A stretch of DNA of 62,395 nucleotides, filler included, from Actinomycetota bacterium (GTDB lineage Bacteria > Actinomycetota > CADDZG01 > JAHWKV01 > JAOPZY01), in assembly GCA_025963875.1 (NCBI GenBank). It is 3 parts of 3 records of this genome, joined end to end, with 100 filler letters (N's around TTAATTAATTAA, not from the genome) between each part and the next. Parts side by side here need not be neighbours in the genome. Positions count along the whole stretch, not along the records: positions 14,531 to 38,542 come from JAOPZY010000130.1; 2 more parts are not named here. One strand, written 5' to 3'. Below the pieces are notes generated by a model. That model was not told the DNA's origin. It searched no databases and saw nothing but the letters and a program-made list of their open reading frames with translations. Within the stretch, counting starts at the first letter, position 1; each line of letters opens with the position of its first letter. The position numbers were made by a program, and so were the translations under genes. Below, one piece after another: positions 19,474-29,544 of this stretch.

Positions 19474-19513
19474 AACTGTTCGTCAATCCCACGCAGAAAA
19501 GGATGGAGGACGT

Positions 19514-22144
19514 ATGCGACGTAAGCAGGGTCGGCAAGGTCGGCAAGGTCGGCAAGGTAAAGGCACAAACAGCAGTTTGACGGCAAGAGTCACGCTGCTT
19601 GGCGGGGCGATCCCGCGCGTGCTGGTGATGCTCTCGTTGGCGGTGCTGGTCCTGAGTTGGGGGGCGACGACCACCTCCGCCTCCCCGTCCGGGGATCGCG
19701 AGACCGTTGCCGGTGGGTGGACGCGCGGCGAGGTGATCAGCTCCGGCCTCTATCACACCTGCGCCCTGAAGAGCGACGGCACCGCCACCTGCTGGGGCCT
19801 CAACGGGTCCGGGCAGGCCACGGCGCCCGGCGGCACCTTCGTTTCGATCAGCTCCGGCGGCTCCCACACGTGCGCGATCCACAGCGACGGGACCGTCGCC
19901 TGCTGGGGCGACAACACCTACGGGCAGAGCACACCGCCAGCCGGCACCTTCACCGCGATCACCACCGGTGGCTCTCATTCGTGCGGCATCAAGACCGATG
20001 GCAGCGCCGCCTGCTGGGGCTCCAACAGCAGCGGGCAGACCACCCTGCCGCCCGCACTGGGCACGATCAGCGCGATCAGCGCCGGCGCCCTGCACACGTG
20101 CGCGATCAAGAGCAACGGCCTCCCCCTGTGCTGGGGCCTCAACACGGACGGGCAGGCCACCCCGACGGGAACGCTCGGTACCTTCAGCTCGATCAGCTCG
20201 GGCGGCTCGCATTCTTGCGGCATCAAGACCGACGGCACCGCCGTGTGCTGGGGCCTCAACAACTACGGGCAGGGCACCCCGCCGGCCGGACTCGGCACCA
20301 TTGGATCGATCAGCGCCGGTCACGTGCAGACGTGCGCGATCAAGAGCAACGGCGCTGCCGTCTGCTGGGGCTATAGCGGCTCCGGCGCCGCGCCTGCGGG
20401 GTTGACCACGCTCCAGGCGGTCAGCGTCGGGGGCCTGCATGTCTGCGCGCTCCGCAGTGACGGTAGCGCCGCCTGCTGGGGCGACAACACCTACGGGCAA
20501 AGCACTGCGCCGGCCGGATTGCAGGTCGTCACGACGGTCAGTGTCGGGCTCCACCACACGTGCTCGATCAAGTCGGACACCACCATCGGCTGCTGGGGCG
20601 ACAACACCTTCGGGCAGAGCCTCCCGCCGGCCTCGTTGACCACGACCACCGCGGTTGCCACCGGGATGAATCACTCGTGCGCCATCAGAGGCAGCGACAG
20701 CACCGCCGTCTGCTGGGGCGACAACACCTTCGGGCAGAGCGCCCCCACCGGGACGATCGGCGCCCTCACCGCGGTCAGCGCCGGCGGCAATCACTCGTGC
20801 GCGATCAAGGCCAACACCACCCCGGTCTGCTGGGGCAGCAATGCAAATGGGATGAGCGTCCCGCCCGGGGTGACCTTCACTGCGATCAGCGCCGGCGGCG
20901 GTCACACGTGCGGGATCAAGGGCAACGGCACCGCCGCCTGCTGGGGCCTCAACAACTACGGGCAGAGCACCCCCCCCGTGACGGCCACCTACACCGCGAT
21001 CAGCGCTGGTGACAACAACACCTGCGCGATCAAGACCGACGGCACCGTCGGCTGCTGGGGCTACGACGGTGACGGGCAGAGCACGCCCCCGCCCGGGTTG
21101 GGCACCGTCCTCCAGGTCAGCGCCGGCTCCTCGCACTCGTGCGCGATCAAGACCGACAACACCGTCGCCTGCTGGGGCTTTGGCATCTACGGGCAGAACA
21201 GCCCACCGGGCGGGTTGGGCACCGCCACCAACATCAGCGCCGGCACGACGAACACATGCGCGGTCAAAACCGGCGGTACCACGGCCTGCTGGGGCGACAA
21301 CAGCTACGGGCAGAGTGTCGCGCCGGCCGGGTTGGGCACCGTCACCGCGCTCACGACCGGCCTCTTCCACACCTGCTCGATCAAGACCGACGGGAGGACC
21401 GCCTGCTGGGGCGACACCAGCTACGGGCAGATCACCCCGATCACCGGCACCGTCAACGCGATCAGCGCCGGCGACAACAACACCTGCGCGATCAAGAGCG
21501 ACGGCACCGTCGCCTGCTGGGGCTCCAACAGCGACGGGCAGAACACCGTGCCGGCCGGGCTGGGCCCCCTCACGGCTATCAGCGCCGGCGGCTCACACAC
21601 CTGTGGGATCAAACCCGACAGCACCGCCGTCTGCTGGGGCGGCAACGCCTACGGGCAGGCCACCTTGCCTGGCGGCATCGGCACCCTCAACGCGATCGGT
21701 GCCGGCTGGGTGAACACGTGCGCCATCAAGACCAACAGCACCGCCTCCTGCTGGGGCTACGCCGCCTACGGTGTCAACACCGTGCCGGCCGGGCTGGTCA
21801 CCGTCACCGCGATCAGCGTCGGGGGGCTGAATGCGTGCGCCATCAGAGTTACCGGCACCGTGGCCTGCTGGGGCTCCAACGCCTACGGGCAGAGCACCCC
21901 GCCTGCGCCGACGTCCACCTACACCGCGATCAGCGCCGGCTTCTACCACTCGTGCGCGCTCCTCGCCGACGGGTCCGCCTCGTGCTGGGGTCTCAACAAC
22001 GTCGGGCAGGCCATCCCGCCGGCCGGCACCTTCACCTCCATCAGCGCCGGTGGCTTCCACACGTGTGCGAAGAAGACCGATGGCACGACCGCCTGTTGGG
22101 GTGACAACTTCTTCGGCCAGAGCACCCCGCTCGCCGGAGGATGA
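19514..22144 (+). CDS. Secreted RCC1/BLIP-II/crinkly-like beta-propeller repeat protein (876 aa, 21 repeats)
   Basis: GGAGGA RBS; signal peptide with a basic N-region ((QGR)x3) and ASA cleavage site; 21 counted repeats of ISAGxxHTCAIKxDGTxxCWGxNxYGQ. Confidence 0.9.
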   Translation: MRRKQGRQGRQGRQGKGTNSSLTARVTLLGGAIPRVLVMLSLAVLVLSWGATTTSASPSGDRETVAGGWTRGEVISSGLYHTCALKSDGTATCWGLNGSGQATAPGGTFVSISSGGSHTCAIHSDGTVACWGDNTYGQSTPPAGTFTAITTGGSHSCGIKTDGSAACWGSNSSGQTTLPPALGTISAISAGALHTCAIKSNGLPLCWGLNTDGQATPTGTLGTFSSISSGGSHSCGIKTDGTAVCWGLNNYGQGTPPAGLGTIGSISAGHVQTCAIKSNGAAVCWGYSGSGAAPAGLTTLQAVSVGGLHVCALRSDGSAACWGDNTYGQSTAPAGLQVVTTVSVGLHHTCSIKSDTTIGCWGDNTFGQSLPPASLTTTTAVATGMNHSCAIRGSDSTAVCWGDNTFGQSAPTGTIGALTAVSAGGNHSCAIKANTTPVCWGSNANGMSVPPGVTFTAISAGGGHTCGIKGNGTAACWGLNNYGQSTPPVTATYTAISAGDNNTCAIKTDGTVGCWGYDGDGQSTPPPGLGTVLQVSAGSSHSCAIKTDNTVACWGFGIYGQNSPPGGLGTATNISAGTTNTCAVKTGGTTACWGDNSYGQSVAPAGLGTVTALTTGLFHTCSIKTDGRTACWGDTSYGQITPITGTVNAISAGDNNTCAIKSDGTVACWGSNSDGQNTVPAGLGPLTAISAGGSHTCGIKPDSTAVCWGGNAYGQATLPGGIGTLNAIGAGWVNTCAIKTNSTASCWGYAAYGVNTVPAGLVTVTAISVGGLNACAIRVTGTVACWGSNAYGQSTPPAPTSTYTAISAGFYHSCALLADGSASCWGLNNVGQAIPPAGTFTSISAGGFHTCAKKTDGTTACWGDNFFGQSTPLAGG

Positions 22145-22257
22145 GGCAACCTGACGGGAGGAGTCCGCAAAGAAAACCGCCCCACCCAGAGGGCCGGAGA
22201 AGGTTGGGAGTCTACCGCGCGCATGTGCGCGCTGGGCTCCCAACTTCGGGCCAGGCA

Positions 22258-22524
22258 TCACATCGACCACCGCACGGGCGTGCTGCCGGTCTGGTGCCGG
22301 AATGAGGCCTCGCCGACCCGGCGGGAGCGGTGCGTGCTCAGATCGAGCCCCCGCCGCCCCATCACCTTCACGGCCTCGTCGGTGGCCGGCTCGCCGGGAC
22401 GAAGAAGGCCGGCGCTGATGACGTTCACGGCTTCCGTTCTGCCGGCCGGGACGTGGCTGGCCACCGTGGCAGCCATGGGGGAGCGGCAAAGGTTGCCCGT
22501 GCAGACGAAGAGCAGGGTGGGCAT
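22258..22524 (-). pseudogene. Truncated low-molecular-weight protein tyrosine phosphatase/ArsC-like gene
   Basis: LLFVCTGNLCRSPMA P-loop, SAG, DLSTHRSR; stops at 88 aa without the catalytic DP loop. Confidence 0.7.
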
Positions 22525-22648
22525 GCCCGCATCGTACCCACGCCGTTGACGAGGACCTGACCCATGGCCCGCATCGCCCGCATCACGGAAGCGCCGCATC
22601 ACGGAAGCACTGCCTCGAAGTCCGTCCACCACCGTCCGGGAGCCTGCC

Positions 22649-22966
22649 ATGCGAACTAACCCTTCGAACTTCGACTTTCCACATCCAGAGCCGTCACTCA
22701 GGACTGCAGAGGTTGCCCGAGCGCTGGGGGTAAGCGCCCGGGCCATCCGCACCTGGGCGGACGAGGGCAAGATCGCCTGCTACCGCACCTTCGGCGGCCA
22801 CCGGCTGTTCGCCGCGTCGGAGGTCCGCCGTGTGCTTGCCAGTTGGGGTGGGGGATCGATGCCGGACCGGGCTAACGAGGATTCGAGCGTGTTCGCCGTC
22901 GCCGACCGCTCGCCTGACCAACCCAGAGTGGAAGCCGAGCAGGAAAGCGACGCCGCCCGTGGATGA
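22649..22966 (+). CDS. BldC/excisionase-like (MerR-type HTH) DNA-binding protein
   Basis: LRTAEVARALGVSARAIRTWADEGKIACYRTFGGHRLF. Confidence 0.8.
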   Translation: MRTNPSNFDFPHPEPSLRTAEVARALGVSARAIRTWADEGKIACYRTFGGHRLFAASEVRRVLASWGGGSMPDRANEDSSVFAVADRSPDQPRVEAEQESDAARG

Positions 22967-23292
22967 ATCCACGGGAGTTACTTCCCCGAGATAAGGCACG
23001 GGGTTCGGGGGAGCTGCCGCTCTGTCTGGGCGGTGGACTCCTTCCAGGGGCTGCCCAAACCCGATGGTCGCTGGAGCCAGGAAAAGGGGGATACTCACTG
23101 GACTCGCCGGGAGCTCAGCGCGTCCCTGGACGAAGTCTGGACTGAAGGGCTGCCGCGCCGCCGTCAACGATATCCGCCGTACGCACCGAATCTCGGAGCG
23201 AATGACGGTCATCGATCGAAGTAACGCTGTCTTCTGGAGAAAACGAGGTTCGCTGGCCCGACGGCAACCGGCCGCGCAATTGTGAGCCGTGC

Positions 23293-23601
23293 CTACCGGG
23301 ATTCCCCCCGGCCCAGGCGGCCCTGATGAGCCCGGCCCGCCCACGGGATCCGGGCGCTGGCCGGCCACACCCTGCGGCCCAGCGCCGAGCGGCCGTCCAG
23401 GATGCCGCTCCGGCGGGCGGTCAGCCGTCCGGCCAGTTTCCATGCCGACAATGAGGCGCCCGTCCCTGCCCCCGCAGCCTCGTGGTCCCGGCCCAGGAAC
23501 TCGTCGAGCGCCTCGAGGATGGCGGCCTCCTCCTCCGGCGTGGGATTGCCCCGCATCCCGAAGACCTCGAAGCCGGGGACGTCGCCGGACTCGCCCATCA
23601 C
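23293..23601 (-). CDS. Probable acyl-CoA carboxylase epsilon subunit
   Basis: RGNPTPEEEAAILEAL and SAW motifs; directly downstream of the carboxyltransferase. Confidence 0.65.
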   Translation of the reverse strand: MMGESGDVPGFEVFGMRGNPTPEEEAAILEALDEFLGRDHEAAGAGTGASLSAWKLAGRLTARRSGILDGRSALGRRVWPASARIPWAGRAHQGRLGRGESR

Positions 23602-23620
23602 CCCTCCCTCATCGCAAGGT

Positions 23621-25216
23621 CTACAGCGGGATGTTGCCGTGCTTGCGCGGCGGGAGCGTCTCGCGCTTCGTCAGCAGCATCTCCAGCGCGGCGATGAGCT
23701 GTGGGCGGGTCTCCTCGGGCTCGATGACGTCGTCGACGTAGCCCCGCTCCGCCGCGATGAACGGGTTGGAGAACTTGGTCTTGTACTCCTCGATCATCTC
23801 CGCCTTGCGACCAGCGGGATCGGCAGCCTTCTCGAGCTCCTTGCGGAAGATGATGTTGACCGCTCCCTCCGGTCCCATCACGGCGATCTCGGCGGTGGGC
23901 CACGCGTACGAGATGTCGGCCCGGATGTGCTTGGAGTTCATGACGAGGTAGGCCCCGCCGTAGGCCTTGCGGACGATGACGGTCAGGCGGGGGACGGTGG
24001 CCTCGGTGAAGGCATAGAGCAGCTTGGCCCCGTGGCGGATGATCCCGCCGTATTCCTGGTTGGTGCCCGGCAGGAAGCCCGGCACGTCGACGAAGGTGAT
24101 GAGCGGGATGTTGAAGGCATCGCAGAAGCGCACGAACCTCGCCGCCTTGGTGGACGAGTCGATGTCGAGGGTGCCTGCCAGGATCTTTGGCTGGTTGGCG
24201 ACGATGCCCACCACGTGGCCGTTCAGGCGGGCGAAGCCGGTCAGGATGTTGCCGGCGTAGTGGGCGTGTACCTCGAACAGCTCGCCGTCGTCCACGACGA
24301 GGCGGATGAGCTCGCCCATGTCGTAGGCCTTGTTCGGGGTGTCCGGCAGCAGCTCCCGTAGGCGCATCTCCCGGCGCTCGGGGTCGTCGCTGGGAGCGAA
24401 GTACGGCGGATCCTCGAGGTTGTTGGCCGGCAGGAACGACATCAGGAAGCGCACCATGCTCAGGGTGTGCTCCTCGTCGGTGCCCACGAAATGGGCGACG
24501 CCCGACTTGGTGGCATGGGTCATGGCCCCGCCGAGCTCCTCGTGGGTCACCTCCTCCCCGGTGACCGCCCGGATGACCTCGGGGCCGGTGATGAACATGT
24601 GCGCCGTGTCCTCGCACATGAAGACGAAGTCGGTGATCGCCGGGGAGTAGACCGCCCCCCCGGCGCAGGGGCCGAGGATGACCGATATCTGCGGGATGAC
24701 GCCGGAGGCCCGGACGTTGCGGTCAAAGATGTACGCGTAGCCGGCCAGCGACGGCGCTCCCTCCTGGATGCGGGCACCGCCGGAGTCGTTCAGCCCGATC
24801 ACCGGGGCGCCCGTCTCGAGCGCGAGGTCGAGGATCTTGCAGATCTTCTCCGCATGCACCTCGCCGAGCGACCCCCCGAAGACCGTGAAGTCCTGCGCGA
24901 AGACGAACACCTTCCGGCCCTCGAGCGTCCCCCAGCCCGTCACGACCCCGTCGCCGTAGGGCCGTTTGCCCTCGATGCCGAAGCCGTGCGAACGATGGCG
25001 GGCCAGCATGTCGGTCTCGTGGAAGGAGCCGGGGTCGAGCAGCTTCTCGAGCCGCTCCCTCGCCGTGAGCTTGCCGCGCTTCTTCTGGCGGCTGATGGCG
25101 GCCTCCCCGCCGCCCAGCTCGGCCTCGGCCTTGCGCTTCTGGACCTCCTCGATCCGCTCGTCGATGCGGGAACGCACGGGGACCGGGGCCCGGTCGGACT
25201 TCTCGGATGAAGGCAT
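23621..25216 (-). CDS. pccB: Propionyl/acyl-CoA carboxylase beta (carboxyltransferase) subunit
   Basis: [52 protein letters not shown]7-ATG at 25216. Confidence 0.95.
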   Translation of the reverse strand: MPSSEKSDRAPVPVRSRIDERIEEVQKRKAEAELGGGEAAISRQKKRGKLTARERLEKLLDPGSFHETDMLARHRSHGFGIEGKRPYGDGVVTGWGTLEGRKVFVFAQDFTVFGGSLGEVHAEKICKILDLALETGAPVIGLNDSGGARIQEGAPSLAGYAYIFDRNVRASGVIPQISVILGPCAGGAVYSPAITDFVFMCEDTAHMFITGPEVIRAVTGEEVTHEELGGAMTHATKSGVAHFVGTDEEHTLSMVRFLMSFLPANNLEDPPYFAPSDDPERREMRLRELLPDTPNKAYDMGELIRLVVDDGELFEVHAHYAGNILTGFARLNGHVVGIVANQPKILAGTLDIDSSTKAARFVRFCDAFNIPLITFVDVPGFLPGTNQEYGGIIRHGAKLLYAFTEATVPRLTVIVRKAYGGAYLVMNSKHIRADISYAWPTAEIAVMGPEGAVNIIFRKELEKAADPAGRKAEMIEEYKTKFSNPFIAAERGYVDDVIEPEETRPQLIAALEMLLTKRETLPPRKHGNIPL

Positions 25217-25237
25217 GGGCGACATCCTACTTGCGAC

Positions 25238-25285
25238 TTGACGCCTCCTTTCATGAAAGCTACTCTTTTATGACAGTAACTTTCA
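25238..25285 (+). promoter_or_regulatory. MFS promoter with an overlapping inverted repeat (probable TetR operator)
   Basis: TTGACG-N17-TACTCT; IR TGAAAGCTACT-N10-AGTAACTTTCA (10 of 11 matches) covers the -10 box. Confidence 0.65.
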
Positions 25286-25301
25286 AAAGGAGGTGGTTCC
25301 C

Positions 25302-26885
25302 ATGAATCGTATTGAGGCGCCCGTGCAGCGGCCGGAGGGCTACGAGCGGCGTTGGTGGATCCTTGCCGTGCTGTGTCTCAGCCTGCTGATCATCGGTGTC
25401 GACAACACCATCCTCAACGTCGCCCTTCCCACCCTGTCGCGCGTGCTCCACGCCACGAACAGCCAGCTGCAGTGGATCGTCGATGCCTACGTCCTCGTGT
25501 TTGCGAGCCTCCTCCTCACCACGGGGAGCCTGTCCGACCGCTTCGGCCGGCGGTCTGCCCTGGCCCTGGGTCTCGTCGTCTTCGGGTTCGGCTCGGTGGC
25601 ATCGGCCTTCGCCGGCACCGCCAACCTCCTCACCGCCGCCCGGGCACTCATGGGCGTCGGCGGCGCGCTGATCATGCCGTCCACGCTGTCGATCCTCACG
25701 AATGTGTTCCCCGCCGAGGAGCGGGGCCGTGCCATCGGGATCTGGGCCGGCGTCTCGGGCCTCGGCATCGCCATCGGCCCCGTGGTGGGCGGCGCGCTGC
25801 TCGGTCACTTCTGGTGGGGCTCGGTGTTCCTGGTCAATGTGCCCGTGGTCCTCGTCGGCCTCGTCGCCGGCCGCCTGATCGTCCCCAACACCAAGGACCC
25901 CTCCTCGCCCAAGGTGGACCCGATCGGCGCCATCCTCTCGGTCGTGGGTCTCGTCGCCCTGGTCTACGGGATCATCGAGGTCCCGAGCTACGGATGGGGC
26001 AACGGCCGCATCCTGGCCGCCTTCGCCCTCGCCGTGGTGGTCATCGGATCCTTCGTCGCCTGGGAGCTGCACACCGACCACCCGATGCTCAAGATCCAGT
26101 TCTTCCGCAACCCACGGTTCACAGCGGCGAGCGTCGGCATCATGCTCGTGTTCTTCGCCCTCTTCGGCTCCTTCTTCTTCGTCACCCAGGAGCTGCAGTT
26201 CATCCTCGGCTACACGCCCCTGCAGGCCGGCCTGCGCCTCGCCCCCATCGCCCTCGTGATGGCCATTGCCGCCCCGATGTCCGGGCGACTGGTCGAGAAG
26301 ATCGGCAACAAGGCCATGGTCTCGATCGGCATGGGCTTTGCCGCCCTCGGCCTCGCCTACCTGGGGACCACGACGGCAGGCTCGGGCTACGGCCACATCT
26401 TCATGTCGCTGCTGTTCCTGGGCGTGGGGATCGGCTTCGCCATCGCCCCGGCGACCGAGTCGATCATGGGCTCCCTGCCGATCGAGAAGGCGGGCGTCGG
26501 CTCGGCCATGAACGACACGACCCGCCAGGTCGGCGGCGCCCTGGGCGTGGCCATCCTCGGCAGCGTCTTCTCGTCGGCGTACATCGCCGGACTCGCCCCG
26601 GCGCTTCGCTCGACCCCGGCCGTGGCGGCGAAGGCTGCGGGGCAGTCGGTCGGTGCGGCCCTGGCGCAGGCCCAGCGCCTCGGTGGCAGCGCCGGCCAGG
26701 CCCTCGAGTTTGCGGCGCGGACGTCGTTCGTCCACGCCATGGACCGATCCCTGTTCGTCGGGGCGGGTTTTGCCCTGCTGGGGGCGTTGATCGCCCTCAT
26801 CTGGCTGCCGAACCGGGCCGTGCCGCTTGCAGCCGATCCAGACCTGCTGTGGGAGGAGGAGATCGACGTTGTCCCCGCTTACTGA
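25302..26885 (+). CDS. DHA2 (EmrB/QacA) MFS efflux transporter
   Basis: DNTILNVALP, LQWIVDAY, GSLSDRFGRR, GPVVGG, WGSVFLVNVP. Confidence 0.95.
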   Translation: MNRIEAPVQRPEGYERRWWILAVLCLSLLIIGVDNTILNVALPTLSRVLHATNSQLQWIVDAYVLVFASLLLTTGSLSDRFGRRSALALGLVVFGFGSVASAFAGTANLLTAARALMGVGGALIMPSTLSILTNVFPAEERGRAIGIWAGVSGLGIAIGPVVGGALLGHFWWGSVFLVNVPVVLVGLVAGRLIVPNTKDPSSPKVDPIGAILSVVGLVALVYGIIEVPSYGWGNGRILAAFALAVVVIGSFVAWELHTDHPMLKIQFFRNPRFTAASVGIMLVFFALFGSFFFVTQELQFILGYTPLQAGLRLAPIALVMAIAAPMSGRLVEKIGNKAMVSIGMGFAALGLAYLGTTTAGSGYGHIFMSLLFLGVGIGFAIAPATESIMGSLPIEKAGVGSAMNDTTRQVGGALGVAILGSVFSSAYIAGLAPALRSTPAVAAKAAGQSVGAALAQAQRLGGSAGQALEFAARTSFVHAMDRSLFVGAGFALLGALIALIWLPNRAVPLAADPDLLWEEEIDVVPAY

Positions 26886-27480
26886 GGTGCGCGGCGGCGT
26901 CGCTCGTGGCCTCAGAGAACGCAAGAAGGCGAAAACGCGGGCGGCGATCCGCCGGGAGGCCATGCGCCTGTTCCGGGAGCAGGGCTACGACGAGACCACC
27001 GTCGAGGAGATCGCCGAGGCCGCCGAGGTGTCGCCGAGCACCTTCTTCCGGTACTACCACACGAAGGAGGACGTCGTCCTCCAGGACGAGTTCGACGAAC
27101 CCCTCATCGAGGCGTTCCGGGCGCAGCCGCCGGAGTTGACCCCGCTCCGGGCCATGCGCGGGGCCCTGCGGCAGGTGTTCGGCAGCCTCACCGCCGAGCA
27201 GCGGGCTGAGGAGGATGAGCGCCTGCGGCTCTCCCGTGAGGTGCCGGAGCTGCGGGCGGCGCGCCTGGATGAGCTGAACCGGACGATGCGGCTGGTTGCC
27301 GCCATCGTCGGCGAGCGGGTGGGTCGCAGCGCCGATGACCCTGCGGTCCTGGCCTTCGCGGGAGCCGTCATCGGTGTGGCCGTGTCGGCGATGCTCTGCG
27401 CAGGGCCGAACCCCGCCGTCAAGACGTACAAGCAGTTCGACGACGCGCTGGGGTTCCTCGAGGCCGGCCTGCCCCTGTAG
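26869..27480 (+). CDS. TetR family regulator
   Basis: GLRERKKAKTR...TTVEEIAEAAEVSPSTFFRYYHTKEDVV; start uncertain (TTG after GGAGGAG). Confidence 0.92.
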   Translation: MSPLTEVRGGVARGLRERKKAKTRAAIRREAMRLFREQGYDETTVEEIAEAAEVSPSTFFRYYHTKEDVVLQDEFDEPLIEAFRAQPPELTPLRAMRGALRQVFGSLTAEQRAEEDERLRLSREVPELRAARLDELNRTMRLVAAIVGERVGRSADDPAVLAFAGAVIGVAVSAMLCAGPNPAVKTYKQFDDALGFLEAGLPL

Positions 27481-27484
27481 CCCG

Positions 27485-28843
27485 TCAGTCGCGGGGATCC
27501 ACCGACACCGGCCGGCCTGCCGCTGTCTGCCACAGCGCAACGAACGTCGACCAGCCCCGCGTCGGCACGGCTGCGGCAGGGGAGTAGCCGGGCGCGTGGT
27601 GGGGGATGCGCACCCGCAGCGCCTTCGGGACGATGCGGAACGGGATCGCCGGTTCCTGGGAGATGGGATCGCCGTCGACGCCGATCTCCACGGATTTGGC
27701 GGACCGGACCTCGAAGCTCGTATCGGTCCATTCCATCCACCCCGGGAACCGGCGGGCCAGGCCGAGCGCCTGCAGTTCGATGAACAGGGCGACGTCCGCG
27801 GGCGAGCGGAAGGTTGCCGTGACGATGCCGAGGACCCCCGCGTCGATGCGCCGCCGGGAGCCGAAGCCCTCCACCCTGGTCAGTTCGTACCGGCCGTTGG
27901 AGACGAGGAGGAGGTGGGCCGACGAATGCTCCCGGCCGTCCGGACCCGTGAAGCGGAGGTCGAAGGGCGGGCTGGGCGTTCCGAGCAGGCCCGGCAGCAT
28001 CTCGAGGGCGGTGGCGACCTTGCGCTGCCGGTAGGCCGGTGACTGCACGATCTTTGCGTAGAGCCCCATGCAGGCGTTGTTGACGAACACGGCGTCGCCG
28101 CTCATGGCAAGGTCGATGCGGCGTTCGACGGCGTCGCCGAAGGCATCGAGGGCCCCGACGACGTCGTTCCGGTCGAGGCCGAGGTCCATGGCCAGATGGT
28201 TGCGGGTCCCGGCGGGAACGCAGACGTACCCGACGCCGTGGCGCATCGCCACTTCAGCAACGAGCGCCTGCGAGCCGTCGCCGCCGGCCATGCCGATGGC
28301 ATCCGCGCCGTTTGCCACGGCGGTGCGGGCCAGCTCGGCGAGGTCGTCGCCGGGACCCAGGACCACCGGCTCGATGCCCCGGCGGCGGGCCTCCTCCACC
28401 AGCGCGAAGCGCTCCACCTTCCCGCCCCCGGACCGGGGGTTCATGAGCAGCACCGGTCGCTGTGCCGGACCGACCGGCTCGCCGGGCGTCGGGCCCCTCT
28501 TGAGCGACTTGATGTCCCTCCCCAGCGCGTGGCGAGCGGCCGCCGCCCCAGCCGCTCCCACGCCGAGGATGGCAATGAAGTCCCAGACACTGCTGAACAC
28601 GAGGATGAGGGCGACGGGGGAGGCAAGTGCCAGGACGGCCAGCAGGGCGGCCACGGCACGCCGGAACCCGGTGCGGGTCAGGGCATAGGCCGCCGAGTAC
28701 AGACCGACGACGAGCCCGAGGACGGCGCCGGCAACGACCAATGGCCGGGCGACCAGCATCACGACGGCGAGCGTGACGAGGGCCACCGGGGCGAGCAACG
28801 CAACGACTGCGGTCACCCGCCGGGTCACAGCCACTGACTGCAT
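27485..28843 (-). CDS. Membrane-anchored diacylglycerol kinase family protein
   Basis: Four N-terminal TM segments; MNPRSGGG, AGGDGS, PAGTRNHLA, VDGD. Confidence 0.88.
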   Translation of the reverse strand: MQSVAVTRRVTAVVALLAPVALVTLAVVMLVARPLVVAGAVLGLVVGLYSAAYALTRTGFRRAVAALLAVLALASPVALILVFSSVWDFIAILGVGAAGAAAARHALGRDIKSLKRGPTPGEPVGPAQRPVLLMNPRSGGGKVERFALVEEARRRGIEPVVLGPGDDLAELARTAVANGADAIGMAGGDGSQALVAEVAMRHGVGYVCVPAGTRNHLAMDLGLDRNDVVGALDAFGDAVERRIDLAMSGDAVFVNNACMGLYAKIVQSPAYRQRKVATALEMLPGLLGTPSPPFDLRFTGPDGREHSSAHLLLVSNGRYELTRVEGFGSRRRIDAGVLGIVTATFRSPADVALFIELQALGLARRFPGWMEWTDTSFEVRSAKSVEIGVDGDPISQEPAIPFRIVPKALRVRIPHHAPGYSPAAAVPTRGWSTFVALWQTAAGRPVSVDPRD

Positions 28844-28909
28844 GCAGGTCCCCTCGCGCCACGGATTCGCGTGATGTCCGCCGCTCCCCGGACCTGGAGA
28901 CTGACACCT

Positions 28910-29524
28910 ATGGAGCACGCCCGGGTGAGTCTGCTGACTGCGGATCCTGCACAGGTCGACGAACTCGTTCGTTACGTTACCGGCGATGTCCGGAAGGTGA
29001 TCGAGGACCACCCGGGCAGCCGTGGCATGGCGTTGCTCGTGATCCCCGAGTTGGCGGTGGTTGTGTTCGAGACGTTCTGGGTCACCGGTGACGCCATGCG
29101 CGGCAGCGAGAAGACCGAGGAGCCATTGCGCGAGGAAACGGTCCGGCGCGGCCGGGCCACGGTGTCGGTGGAACGCCACGAGGTGGCGAGCTCCGTTCGT
29201 TCCGCGCGCCCACGGGAGGGAGCGGGCGTGCGACTGACTCGGGTCGACATCGAACCATCACGGGTGGACGCGGCGATCGCCGACTACGAGGACACCGCGC
29301 TCCCGTGGCTGATCGAAGCCGAGGGGTTCTGCAGCGCCCTGCTCCTCGTCCACCGGCGTTCCGGCCGGGCCATGGTCGAGACCATATGGCGAGATGGCGC
29401 TGCGATGGCGGCGAGCCGTTCCGCCGCGGCTGCCGCCCGGGCCGACGCCATCGCGGCCACGGGAGGAGTGATCCGAGCCCTCGAGGAATTCCGGCTCGAG
29501 TTCAACTCAGCTCCGTTCTCGTAG
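28910..29524 (+). CDS. Duplicated ABM-like (dimeric alpha/beta barrel) protein
   Basis: Two internal halves, each ending in ETFW/ETIW...AM..S. Confidence 0.7.
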   Translation: MEHARVSLLTADPAQVDELVRYVTGDVRKVIEDHPGSRGMALLVIPELAVVVFETFWVTGDAMRGSEKTEEPLREETVRRGRATVSVERHEVASSVRSARPREGAGVRLTRVDIEPSRVDAAIADYEDTALPWLIEAEGFCSALLLVHRRSGRAMVETIWRDGAAMAASRSAAAAARADAIAATGGVIRALEEFRLEFNSAPFS

Positions 29525-29544
29525 GCCGCGCCGGGCCCGACGTT

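Noticed and set aside
19730..22130. Regularly spaced TGCTGGGGC repeats resembling a CRISPR array
   Set aside because: They are in-frame CWG codons of protein repeats
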